DNA of 64,000 nt from contig JANMDR010000280.1 of NCBI GenBank assembly GCA_031376425.1, positions 1,926 to 65,925 on the forward strand. Reading direction: 5' to 3'. Every line of letters starts with the position of its first letter. The stretch's first letter is position 1. Position numbers and translations under genes: made by a program. The notes beneath the pieces are model-generated. The model did no database searches. It was not told the DNA's origin and saw only the letters and a list, made by a program, of their open reading frames with translations. Origin of the DNA: Betaproteobacteria bacterium (GTDB lineage: Bacteria; Pseudomonadota; Gammaproteobacteria; Burkholderiales; Usitatibacteraceae). Of this stretch, positions 29,442 through 38,316 are shown piece after piece.

Positions 29442-30227
29442 TTGAATTCGCAAAATGCAACCAAAATTACGGCCGTTATTGCTGATGATGAGCAACATCT
29501 TTCTGAATATTTGCGTACGCGCTTAAACGCATTATGGCCGGAACTCGTCATTGTCGGCGTTGCTAAAAATGGTTTAGAAGCCATTCAACAAATGGATGAT
29601 TTATTACCGACCGTGGCATTTCTTGATATTCGTATGCCAGGATTAACCGGCCTTGAAGTCGCAGCGCGCGCCGATGAAAAAATCCACGTGGTGTTTGTAA
29701 CGGCTTACGACCAATATGCGCTAAATGCCTTTGATACCAATGCGGTTGACTACTTACTCAAGCCTGTTGAAGACGCCCGATTAGTTCGTACTATCGAGAA
29801 ACTAAAAGCGAAATTAACGGCCAACACAGCACCTGAAGATGTGTCCGCGTTAATTAGTATGCTGCGCGGTGCAATACCAGATGCGCGGCGTGTGCCAGCA
29901 CAAAAATTACGCTGGATTCGCGCATCGGTAGGCGACGTCGTGAAGCAAATAGCAGTGGGTGACGTGCTGTATTTTCAAGCGCAGGATAAATATGTCAGTG
30001 TGTACACCAAAGACGGTGAATCGCTGATTCGCACACCGTTGGCTGAACTGCTCGCGGAATTAGATGGCGATGAATTTTGGCAAATTCATCGCTCCACAGT
30101 CGTAAATGTGGTTGCAATTGTGAGTAGTATTCGTGATGATGCTGGGCATACTTTGCTAGTACTGCGTGAAACCAAAGTGAAGCTACAAGTGAGCCGTGCC
30201 TACGCGCATTTGTTTAAGCAGATGTAG
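29442..30227 (+). CDS. LytR/AlgR-family response regulator (REC + LytTR DNA-binding domain)
   Basis: Receiver motifs (VIADDE, FLDIRMPG) and a C-terminal LytTR-like domain (FWQIHRSTVVN). TTG start. Confidence 0.85.
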   Translation: MNSQNATKITAVIADDEQHLSEYLRTRLNALWPELVIVGVAKNGLEAIQQMDDLLPTVAFLDIRMPGLTGLEVAARADEKIHVVFVTAYDQYALNAFDTNAVDYLLKPVEDARLVRTIEKLKAKLTANTAPEDVSALISMLRGAIPDARRVPAQKLRWIRASVGDVVKQIAVGDVLYFQAQDKYVSVYTKDGESLIRTPLAELLAELDGDEFWQIHRSTVVNVVAIVSSIRDDAGHTLLVLRETKVKLQVSRAYAHLFKQM

Positions 30228-30266
30228 TTGGATCGGTCTGTGAAAACTCTGCAGAAATGCTAAAGG

Positions 30267-30695
30267 CTAAACGCGCTGCCCCATGATGTGGGCAGATGCC
30301 ATTAACTCTTCAAACAATGCTAGCGAGGCTTTACCCGATACGCAGTAAGGGTCAAGCGTTGCCGATTCAGAATACTTTAGCAGCAGCGATGGGTTAATTA
30401 AGCCCAAGTTTACTTGGCCCATCGACCAGCCTGAAAAACGGCGCTCGCTAATTTCCTCATACGATAGAATTACGACGTCTTTATGACGGTTATCGGATGC
30501 AATCTGGTTGTACAGGGTGCTAACTGGGAGGCGGCCGCCTTCCAGCACTTGCAGAAAAATATTGCCGCTAAAGCACAGCACACCAGTGACGCCAGTTTTT
30601 GGGTTGTTGGTGCGCGATTTGTTCAGAATCGCGGTGAGTGAATCTTGGTTTACTGCTTCTGAGGCGCGGCTGGCATAAAGTAGACGAACTAGCAT
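30267..30695 (-). CDS. short stand-alone BLUF (blue-light sensing using FAD) domain protein
   Basis: 142 aa. BLUF landmarks are LLYASRA (Tyr), GNIFLQVLEG (Gln) and SGWSM (Trp/Met). SD AGGAAG. Lies 44 nt downstream of folE on the same strand. Confidence 0.8.
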   Translation of the reverse strand: MLVRLLYASRASEAVNQDSLTAILNKSRTNNPKTGVTGVLCFSGNIFLQVLEGGRLPVSTLYNQIASDNRHKDVVILSYEEISERRFSGWSMGQVNLGLINPSLLLKYSESATLDPYCVSGKASLALFEELMASAHIMGQRV

Positions 30696-30739
30696 AATCG
30701 GTATCTTCCTAAACGAGGTTATTTTGACTTATTTTCGAT

Positions 30740-31465
30740 TTATTTTTGATTATTGCCGATGAGCGATAAAAATTCGCGTCGCAAATTAGCATCTTTTAAA
30801 AACGAGCCGCGCATGACGGAATTAATCATCTTCGATTCGCTGTCTTTCACCCCCCGCCAGTGCATACAAAAGTGATCGGCTTCCATCACAATTGCTAAGC
30901 CATCGGGTTTTACTTTTTCGAGCAAATGATTGGCCAACATGGTGACAGCTTCCTCTTGAATTTGTGGGCGAGACATGATCCAATCGCAAATGCGTGCGTA
31001 TTTAGATAAGCCAATTAAGTTGGAATGTTCATTAGGCATGATGCCAATCCATACTTTGCCCAAAATGGGGCAAAAGTGATGCGAACATGCGCTACGCACA
31101 GTGATTGGCCCGACAATCATCAGCTCGTTCAGGTGCTCAACATTCGGAAATTCTGTAACCGCTGGTGCGCCATCATAGCGCCCGCGAAATACCTCGGTTA
31201 AAAACATTTTAGCAACGCGTTTGCCGGTTTCGTTCGTGTTGTGATCGTTTTCAGTGTTGATTACTAGGCTTTCTAACACCCCCTGCATTTTTGCGGCAAC
31301 TTCTTGACGTAGAGCGTCCATTTCGCCGGGCTCAATATAGGCGGAAATATTATCGTTAGCGTAAAACCGTTGATTTGCGGCAACAAGGCGCGAGCGAATG
31401 CGGGCAGACGTTAATTGGGTAGGTGTTGCTTCATCGGACTGAAAAATTTCGGTACGTTTGGTCAT
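30740..31465 (-). CDS. folE: GTP cyclohydrolase I (type 1)
   Basis: 241 aa, collinear with E. coli FolE core motifs: CSHHFCPI (for CEHHF), IGLSK, RPQIQE, ADHFCM..RG. Confidence 0.85.
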   Translation of the reverse strand: MTKRTEIFQSDEATPTQLTSARIRSRLVAANQRFYANDNISAYIEPGEMDALRQEVAAKMQGVLESLVINTENDHNTNETGKRVAKMFLTEVFRGRYDGAPAVTEFPNVEHLNELMIVGPITVRSACSHHFCPILGKVWIGIMPNEHSNLIGLSKYARICDWIMSRPQIQEEAVTMLANHLLEKVKPDGLAIVMEADHFCMHWRGVKDSESKMINSVMRGSFLKDANLRREFLSLIGNNQK

Positions 31466-31566
31466 GCTATGTAATGCTCCTAGAGCTGAAATTTAGCACG
31501 CGGGAACCATATCCTCAGCGTACTTTAAGCGGTATTGCTGTGCTACCTTTGGCGTCGTACTTTAAT

Positions 31567-31592
31567 GCCGAATTTTAGTGCCGAATTTTAGT
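31567..31592. repeat. perfect tandem duplication of 13 nt (GCCGAATTTTAGT x2) spanning the apaG stop codon
   Basis: Read directly: 31567-31579 is identical to 31580-31592. Confidence 0.9.
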
Positions 31593-31971
31593 GCAACACG
31601 CGCGGTACGGTAAGGCTAAATTCTGGAATAATGGCTTCAAATCGGGTGCCATCAGCCGCCAGCATTTGGTAACTGCCGCGCATCGACCCGAACTCTGTGG
31701 TTAGCTCGGAACCACTAGAATATTCAAAGCATTTACCCGGCGCTAAATTTGGTTGCTCGCCAATAACGCCCATGCCCCGCACGTCTTGTACTTCGCCTGT
31801 CGCGTTGGTGATGAGCCAATGCCTGCTAACTACCTTAGCTGCAATTTCGCCGACATTAGTAATTTTTACGCTATAGGCGAACACATAGCGATCATTATCC
31901 TCATCGGAATGATCGGCGAGGTAGAACGCTTGCGCATCTACTTTAACAGCATATTTTTTGTCACTATCCAT
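31588..31971 (-). CDS. apaG: ApaG (DUF525) protein
   Basis: 127 aa. Typical ApaG sequence (YVFAYSVKITN, SRHWLITNA, GVIGEQP.L.PG). Confidence 0.88.
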   Translation of the reverse strand: MDSDKKYAVKVDAQAFYLADHSDEDNDRYVFAYSVKITNVGEIAAKVVSRHWLITNATGEVQDVRGMGVIGEQPNLAPGKCFEYSSGSELTTEFGSMRGSYQMLAADGTRFEAIIPEFSLTVPRVLH

Positions 31972-32100
31972 AAGCTAATGCTAACACGACCACGTGATGC
32001 CTCACAACTGCGATCAGTTGCAAATTTAGCTTCCGATTGTCATAGTCCGGCAAGCTGCTAGATAGCGTAAAATAGGGTTTTAGTTTTTCAATTGGCGGTA

Positions 32101-32820
32101 ATGATGGGCGTTTCGTCAAATCAAGTAAAATTTAACATTGCACCGAGCATTTTATCGGCCGATTTTGCGCGTCTTGGCGAAGAGGTTTCTGATGTGATTG
32201 CGGCAGGTGCCGACATTATTCATCTTGATGTGATGGATAATCATTATGTGCCAAATTTAACCGTAGGCCCCTTGGTGTGCAAGGCCGTTCGGCCCTATGC
32301 AGTAGACGCGCTTGGTGGCAAAGTACCTATTGACGTGCATTTGATGGTGAGCCCAGTTGATAGAATAGTGTCCGATTTTGCGCAAGCTGGTGCCGATATT
32401 ATTAGTTTTCATCCCGAAGCATCAGGCCACATTGATCGTACCTTAAGCTTAATTCGCGATTGCGGCTGCAAAGCAGGGTTGGTATTCAATCCCGGTACGC
32501 CCTTGCATTTTTTAGATTATGTGATGGATAAGGTGGATTTAATCCTCATCATGTCGGTCAATCCTGGGTTTGGTGGGCAACAGTTTATTCCCGCTGCGCT
32601 CACTAAAATTGCCCAAGCCAAAGCCCGTATTGAGGCATCCGAACGCATGATTTTGTTAGAAGTGGATGGCGGCATTAAAGCGGACAATATAGGTGCGGCA
32701 GCGCGTGCCGGTGCTGATACTTTTGTGGCCGGTTCCGCCATTTACGGGGCTGGTGGGCGGGCTGCTTACACCACGCGCATTGCTGCGATGCGGCAGTCCA
32801 TTGCTGCGGCAATAAATTAA
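32101..32820 (+). CDS. rpe: ribulose-phosphate 3-epimerase
   Basis: Motifs [28 protein letters not shown] and [13 protein letters not shown] 32101/32104 preferred over the TTG at 32092. Confidence 0.92.
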   Translation: MMGVSSNQVKFNIAPSILSADFARLGEEVSDVIAAGADIIHLDVMDNHYVPNLTVGPLVCKAVRPYAVDALGGKVPIDVHLMVSPVDRIVSDFAQAGADIISFHPEASGHIDRTLSLIRDCGCKAGLVFNPGTPLHFLDYVMDKVDLILIMSVNPGFGGQQFIPAALTKIAQAKARIEASERMILLEVDGGIKADNIGAAARAGADTFVAGSAIYGAGGRAAYTTRIAAMRQSIAAAIN

Positions 32821-32839
32821 ATTTTAAAGGTTTTAGCAA

Positions 32840-33850
32840 ATGGCAATTAGTAGTCTTGAATCCTTCGCCGCCAGCGGTAAGTTGGTGGAAGTTAAAAGTG
32901 CGATTGCGCCAACCAATGTTGTTGATGCCGTTGCGATAAAACCTGTGGGCGCAATAAATACCGGAGTCTCTAGTGATGCATTAGATGACGATGAAGGCGA
33001 TGTTGGTGTTGTGGTTGATGTACCGCAGCCAGTCGTTGCCCCCCCAGTGGCAAAAAAAGGCAAGCCCCGCGCTAAACCTAAGTACGCGTTCCCGATTCCT
33101 ATCGTGGCTGTGGTTGTGGATTTAGATGGAACCATGATCGACACCGTGGGCGATATTGCCACCGCTGCTAACCGCATGCGTGCATCGCTTGGTTTTGCAC
33201 CTTTACCGGATGAGATTATTAAAAATTTTGTAGGTAAGGGTATTCCCAATTTGGTTTCGCAAACCCTGAAAGATGTAGTGGGTGAAGTAGGCGCTACCGC
33301 GCTTAAAGTAGCGATTGGCGTATTTGAACGCCACTACGAACAATGCGCTACCGATACGTTTACCATCTACCCTGGCGTGCTCGATGGCTTGAATGCACTG
33401 AAAACAGCAGGCTATCGTTTAGGATGCATCACCAATAAAGCGGAAAAATTTACCCTACCGATTTTAGAAAAAGCCGGATTGCTGAATTATTTTGAAATTG
33501 TCGTTAGTGGCGATACTGTGGCCGAACGTAAACCGAACCCGCTGCCAGTGCTACATGCAGCACAGTTTTTTAATATTCCGCCGGCGCAATTGCTGGTAAT
33601 TGGTGACTCGCAAAACGATGCGAAAGCTGCCCGCGCTGCGGGTTCGCCTACCTTTATTGTGACCTATGGCTACAATGAAGGAGAGCAACTGCGGGGGTTA
33701 GACTGTGATGCGTTTTTGCTAGAACTGCCTGAAGCGCTAAAATTTGTTAAGCTTATGGTCACGGTGCCAACACAAACATCAATTGTCGATGCACCAGTGA
33801 CGGAAACTGCTGCTGAAGCCCCGCCAACCGAAATTACTGCAGTATCTTAA
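32840..33850 (+). CDS. gph: phosphoglycolate phosphatase (HAD) with about 90-aa low-complexity N-terminal extension and about 30-aa C-terminal tail
   Basis: HAD motifs DLDGTMID, ITNK and GDSQNDAKAA. ATG lies 19 nt after the rpe stop, preceded by AAAGG. There is no internal Met before the HAD core. Confidence 0.8.
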   Translation: MAISSLESFAASGKLVEVKSAIAPTNVVDAVAIKPVGAINTGVSSDALDDDEGDVGVVVDVPQPVVAPPVAKKGKPRAKPKYAFPIPIVAVVVDLDGTMIDTVGDIATAANRMRASLGFAPLPDEIIKNFVGKGIPNLVSQTLKDVVGEVGATALKVAIGVFERHYEQCATDTFTIYPGVLDGLNALKTAGYRLGCITNKAEKFTLPILEKAGLLNYFEIVVSGDTVAERKPNPLPVLHAAQFFNIPPAQLLVIGDSQNDAKAARAAGSPTFIVTYGYNEGEQLRGLDCDAFLLELPEALKFVKLMVTVPTQTSIVDAPVTETAAEAPPTEITAVS

Positions 33851-33863
33851 TATTAGTCGAATC

Positions 33864-33941
33864 ATGTTCACAACAAAAACTGCACCCTTAAAAATGACCC
33901 AATGGCGGCCTTGCCACTGGCGATGGCCTGTCCATTTCTAA
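33864..33941 (+). promoter_or_regulatory. candidate trp leader peptide ORF (MFTTKTAPLKMTQWRPCHWRWPVHF) upstream of trpE
   Basis: 25-codon ORF in the gph-trpE spacer with 3 Trp codons within 8 codons near its end. An 8-bp stem (33920-33927/33950-33957) overlaps the last Trp codons. No convincing terminator hairpin was seen. Confidence 0.4.
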
Positions 33942-34007
33942 ATCACCCTGCCATCGCAGCGCCTGCTTGTTTGTGCGCGAAACTCAAAATATTTTGTTGG
34001 AACTCCC

Positions 34008-35525
34008 ATGACTGAACAAGAATTTAATGCGCTTGTAGCGCAAGGCTACAATCGTATTCCTGTTGTTTTAGAAACCTTTGCGGACCTTGATACACCCTTA
34101 TCAATTTATCTAAAACTCGCCAATAAGTCGTATTCTTTTTTGCTTGAATCTGTGATTGGTGGAGAACGCTTTGGGCGTTATTCCATTATCGGTTTGCCTG
34201 CCCGTGAATGGATCCAGATTTCTGGGCAAGAAGTATCAGTAATCCGTGCCAAGGCCGGTAAATACTCATCGGGCACCGAAACGATAGAGCATGTTTTTGT
34301 GAAAGACCCGCTAAGTTTTGTAGAGAAGTATCGCGCAAAGATTAAAGCTGCTCCGGTTACTAATCCATTGCGCTTTGGCGGTGGTTTAGCAGGTTATTTT
34401 TCCTATGATGTCGTGCGCTTTATTGAGCCTAAGTTGTCGCCGCAAATCGCCAATGGCCGCACGCAGCTTGACCCCATTAATGTACCCGACGCGATTTTGA
34501 TGCTGTCCGACGAAGTGGCGGTGGTGGATAGTTTGTCCGGTAAGCTTTATTTGATTGTGTATGCAGATGCGTCGCAAACTGATGCGCTGGCGAAGGCCAA
34601 TCGGCGTCTCACTGAATTGCGCTTAGGCCTGCGCCAGCCGGCCGCCTTGCCGGTTTATGTGCCTACAAAGAGCGTTTCGGAGCCGGTATCAGAAATAGGC
34701 GAGGCCGCATTTTTAAAAGCAGCAGTGAGATGTAAGCAATATATCGTTGATGGTGATTTAATGCAGGTGCAAATTTCGCAACGGCTTTCACAGCCCTTTG
34801 ATGCGCCGCCGATCAATTTATATCGAGCCTTGCGTTCGATCAATCCGTCGCCGTATATGTTCTATTTCGATATGGGTGAATTCCACATTGTTGGCGCATC
34901 GCCAGAGATTTTGGTGCGTCAAGAGGGTAAAAAAATTACCTTGCGTCCCATCGCCGGTACGCGCAAACGCGGTATTACGCCAGAGCAAGACCAAGCACTT
35001 GAAAAAGAGTTGCGCGAAGATCCAAAAGAATTGGCCGAACACTTAATGCTAATTGATTTGGGTCGCAATGATGTAGGTCGTGTGGCGAAAATTGGTTCCG
35101 TTAAAGTAACTGAACAAATGGTGGTGGAGCGCTACTCACATGTTATGCATCTCGTCTCCAATGTAGAGGGTGAGATTAAAGACGGCGTTGGCCCCATTGA
35201 GCTGCTACGAGCGACCTTTCCGGCGGGTACCGTAACGGGTGCGCCCAAAGTGCGAGCGATGCAAATTATTGATGAGTTAGAGCCTTCAAAACGCGGCATT
35301 TATGCAGGTGCCGCTGGTTATATTGGTTTTAACGACAATATGGATTTAGCTATTTCAATACGTACCGGTGTGGTGAAAAATGGCGTACTTTATGTACAAG
35401 CCGCCGCTGGTATCGTTGCCGATTCAATACCGCAAAACGAGTGGCAAGAAACCCAGAACAAAGCGCGTGCACTGTTGCGAGCAGCCGAGTTGGTTGCTGG
35501 TGGTATTGATACGAACGAAGCGTGA
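34008..35525 (+). CDS. trpE: anthranilate synthase component I
   Basis: 505 aa. Motifs [23 protein letters not shown] and [15 protein letters not shown]. Confidence 0.95.
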   Translation: MTEQEFNALVAQGYNRIPVVLETFADLDTPLSIYLKLANKSYSFLLESVIGGERFGRYSIIGLPAREWIQISGQEVSVIRAKAGKYSSGTETIEHVFVKDPLSFVEKYRAKIKAAPVTNPLRFGGGLAGYFSYDVVRFIEPKLSPQIANGRTQLDPINVPDAILMLSDEVAVVDSLSGKLYLIVYADASQTDALAKANRRLTELRLGLRQPAALPVYVPTKSVSEPVSEIGEAAFLKAAVRCKQYIVDGDLMQVQISQRLSQPFDAPPINLYRALRSINPSPYMFYFDMGEFHIVGASPEILVRQEGKKITLRPIAGTRKRGITPEQDQALEKELREDPKELAEHLMLIDLGRNDVGRVAKIGSVKVTEQMVVERYSHVMHLVSNVEGEIKDGVGPIELLRATFPAGTVTGAPKVRAMQIIDELEPSKRGIYAGAAGYIGFNDNMDLAISIRTGVVKNGVLYVQAAAGIVADSIPQNEWQETQNKARALLRAAELVAGGIDTNEA

Positions 35526-35532
35526 GGCCAAT

Positions 35533-36147
35533 ATGATATTAATGATCGATAATTACGATAGCTTTACCTACAATCTGGTGCAGTACTTAGGGGAGTTGGG
35601 CGAGGACGTAAAAGTAGTGCGCAATGATGAAATTTCTGTAGCCGCAGTAGGTGCACTCAAGCCGGAGAAAATCGTCATTTCACCAGGGCCTTGTTCACCC
35701 AATGAAGCCGGTATTTCAATGGGTGTTATTGAAAAATACGCGGCGACTATTCCAATTTTAGGTGTGTGTTTAGGCCATCAATCCATTGGCCAAGCTTTCG
35801 GCGGCGAGATCGTTCACGCCCGCACAATTATGCATGGTAAAACATCGCAGATTTTTCATAATCAACAAGGCGTGTTTGCTGGTTTGCCGTCACCTTATAC
35901 CGCCACGCGTTATCATTCCTTGGTGATTCGTCGTGAATCTTGCCCCGACTGTTTAGAAATTACCGCATGGACGGATGATAGCGAAGTAATGGGTGTTAAG
36001 CATAAAACATTGGACGTTGAAGGCGTGCAATTTCATCCAGAATCTATTTTGACTGAGCACGGTTATGCTTTGCTGCGTAACTTCATGCAGCGCGGCCGCA
36101 ACGAAGTTGGTAGTAACGCGGCAGCCCCACACTACAGCACCAATTAG
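35533..36147 (+). CDS. trpG: anthranilate synthase component II (glutamine amidotransferase)
   Basis: Start [15 protein letters not shown] at 35533. GATase triad context GVCLGHQ and FHPES. The track ORF start at 35380 overlaps trpE. Confidence 0.93.
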   Translation: MILMIDNYDSFTYNLVQYLGELGEDVKVVRNDEISVAAVGALKPEKIVISPGPCSPNEAGISMGVIEKYAATIPILGVCLGHQSIGQAFGGEIVHARTIMHGKTSQIFHNQQGVFAGLPSPYTATRYHSLVIRRESCPDCLEITAWTDDSEVMGVKHKTLDVEGVQFHPESILTEHGYALLRNFMQRGRNEVGSNAAAPHYSTN

Positions 36148-36157
36148 GAGTACGACC

Positions 36158-37192
36158 ATGTTTACTGCGCAAGAAGCGATTAGCCGTTTATCCGATAAAC
36201 GCGAGATTTTTTATGATGAAATGGTCGATTTATTTCGTCAGGTAATGACTGGAAACGTCTCACCCGTGCAGCTTTCCGCTATTTTGATGGGTCTGCACGT
36301 TAAGGTGGAAACGGTATCTGAAATAGCTGCAGCCGCGCAAGTGATGCGAGAATTCGCCACCAAAGTAGATGTGCGTAACGAACCACATTTAGTGGATACC
36401 TGCGGCACCGGTGGTGATAAATCGCATACCTTTAATATTTCTACTACAGCGGCCTTTGTAGCTGCTGCAGCGGGCGCTAAAGTGGCTAAACACGGTGGTC
36501 GCGCAGTGTCTAGCTCATCCGGGAGTGCCGATGTATTGGAAGCCTTAGGTGTTAAGTTGAACATTACGCCAACACAGGTAGGTGAGTGTATTAAAGCCGT
36601 TGGTGTGGGCTTTATGTTCGCCCCTAATCATCATCCCGCCATGAAGTATGCGGCACCGGTACGCAAAGAATTAGGCATGCGCACCATCCTCAATATTTTG
36701 GGGCCATTGACCAACCCGGCGAGTGCGCAGAATCAAGTGATGGGCGTATTCCATCCCGATTTAGTCGGCATTCAAGCGCGGGTATTGAAAACGCTTGGTT
36801 CCAAGCATGTGATGGTAGTACACGGCGCTGAAGGCTTGGATGAAATTTCTATCAGCGGCCCAAGCTACGTGGCTGAACTTAAAAATGGCGAACTCAGTGA
36901 TTACATGATCGAGCCATCGCAGTTTGGATTAAAAGCGCAAGCGATTGATTCTTTGCGAGCCGTTGATAAAGAGCAATCGTTGAAAATTTTGATGGATGTG
37001 CTCAATAACACCGAAGGTGCTGCTAAGGATATCGTGTCATTAAACGCAGGAGCCGCAATTTATGTTGCCGGTATGGCGGTAGATTTGCGATCCGGAGTGG
37101 CGCGTGCGCGGGAAATGATTGAGACTGGACGAGCGAAAGCTAAACTCGAAGAACTGATTCGCGTAACCAATAATATGGCATCGGCCGCTTAA
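36158..37192 (+). CDS. trpD: anthranilate phosphoribosyltransferase
   Basis: Start MFTAQEAI at 36158 after AGGAG. Motifs DTCGTGGD and NILGPLTNPA. Confidence 0.93.
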   Translation: MFTAQEAISRLSDKREIFYDEMVDLFRQVMTGNVSPVQLSAILMGLHVKVETVSEIAAAAQVMREFATKVDVRNEPHLVDTCGTGGDKSHTFNISTTAAFVAAAAGAKVAKHGGRAVSSSSGSADVLEALGVKLNITPTQVGECIKAVGVGFMFAPNHHPAMKYAAPVRKELGMRTILNILGPLTNPASAQNQVMGVFHPDLVGIQARVLKTLGSKHVMVVHGAEGLDEISISGPSYVAELKNGELSDYMIEPSQFGLKAQAIDSLRAVDKEQSLKILMDVLNNTEGAAKDIVSLNAGAAIYVAGMAVDLRSGVARAREMIETGRAKAKLEELIRVTNNMASAA

Positions 37193-37196
37193 CAAT

Positions 37197-37994
37197 ATGT
37201 CTGATATTCTAAAGAAGATTCTTGCCACCAAAGCGCTAGAGGTGGCTGAAAACAGGGGCTTAACACCAGAGGCGGCATTACGTGAAAAAATTGCGCTGGT
37301 GAGTTCACCACGCGACTTTTTAGGTGCTATTCGCGCAAAACACGCTAACACGCAACTAGCCGTTATTGCAGAAATTAAGCGCGCCAGTCCGAGCGCTGGC
37401 ACTTTTCGCGCAGATGGGGCAGAGTTTGCGCCCGCTTTTTTTGCCAAGAGTTACGAGCAGCACGGCGCGGCATGTTTGTCGGTATTAACTGACCGTGATT
37501 ACTTTCAGGGTAGTAGCGCTGATTTAATGGCGGCAAAAGCGGCGTGTAATTTGCCGGTGTTGCGTAAAGATTTTATTATCGATACCTACCAAATTTTAGA
37601 AGCGCGAGCGATGGGTGCCGATGCAATTTTACTTATCGCGGGCGCGGTGCCCTTGTCAGACTTACAGACCTTAGAGCGTGTAGCACTCGATTTAGGCATG
37701 AGTGTGTTGGTAGAAAGCCACAATGCTGCGGAATTACAACAGGCGCTCACCTTGCAAACCCCGCTGATTGGTATTAACAACCGTGATTTGACGCGTTTTG
37801 TGACTAATATTCAAACTACCTTTGCATTGCAAGCCGCAATTCCGACCAATCGGATTTTGGTCACTGAAAGCGGCATCGTCAGTCGCGAAATTGTCATGAA
37901 TATGCAAGAAAATGGCGTTAATACTTATTTGGTCGGCGGTGCGTTTATGCAGGCACCAGACCCCGGAAAAGCGTTAGCGGATATGTTTTACTAG
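37197..37994 (+). CDS. trpC: indole-3-glycerol-phosphate synthase
   Basis: 265 aa. Motifs IAEIKRASPS.G, LRKDFIID and GINNRDL. Confidence 0.93.
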   Translation: MSDILKKILATKALEVAENRGLTPEAALREKIALVSSPRDFLGAIRAKHANTQLAVIAEIKRASPSAGTFRADGAEFAPAFFAKSYEQHGAACLSVLTDRDYFQGSSADLMAAKAACNLPVLRKDFIIDTYQILEARAMGADAILLIAGAVPLSDLQTLERVALDLGMSVLVESHNAAELQQALTLQTPLIGINNRDLTRFVTNIQTTFALQAAIPTNRILVTESGIVSREIVMNMQENGVNTYLVGGAFMQAPDPGKALADMFY

Positions 37995-38316
37995 CGTAAG
38001 CTTGCGTCAAGAAATCGTGTTGCAAAAAGGCAACAATCTCGCTTGGCAAGGGTGAAAACACATGTATAGCTTGAGCAAAACAGCTGTTTTTGGCAATATT
38101 GGGTAAGTTTTCGAATAGACTGCATGAAGTTCGTTACAATAGGAGTCTAGGTGTAGTTGGTTTCACTTGATATTTGCGAAGTGAGAACTGGGCGCCTAAG
38201 TCGTAGTGGCATCGCATATTGTTATTTGCAGCCCTACAGTAGCCGTCTGCAATACTACCCACCAGTTTCGAAATATTGGAATTACGAAGCTCGAATTTAA
38301 CCACAGGAGATTTTTG

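Noticed and set aside
32833-33249. 138-aa minus-strand ORF opposite the gph N-terminal extension
   Set aside because: Its product is low-complexity (Thr/Ser/Ala/Gly) and it has no partner signals. It was kept only as a caveat on whether the gph extension is truly coding.
35380-35532. N-terminal extensions given by the ORF track for trpG (shown here). The same applies to trpD (36065), porin (38206), purB (61266), the LacI regulator (to 23351), TBDR (to 17002), pntAB (to 8216), the mazF-like toxin (to 54322) and the antitoxin (to 54581).
   Set aside because: In each case an internal ATG has a good SD, and a canonical family N-terminus or signal peptide begins further downstream. The extension also overlaps the preceding gene or a regulatory site.
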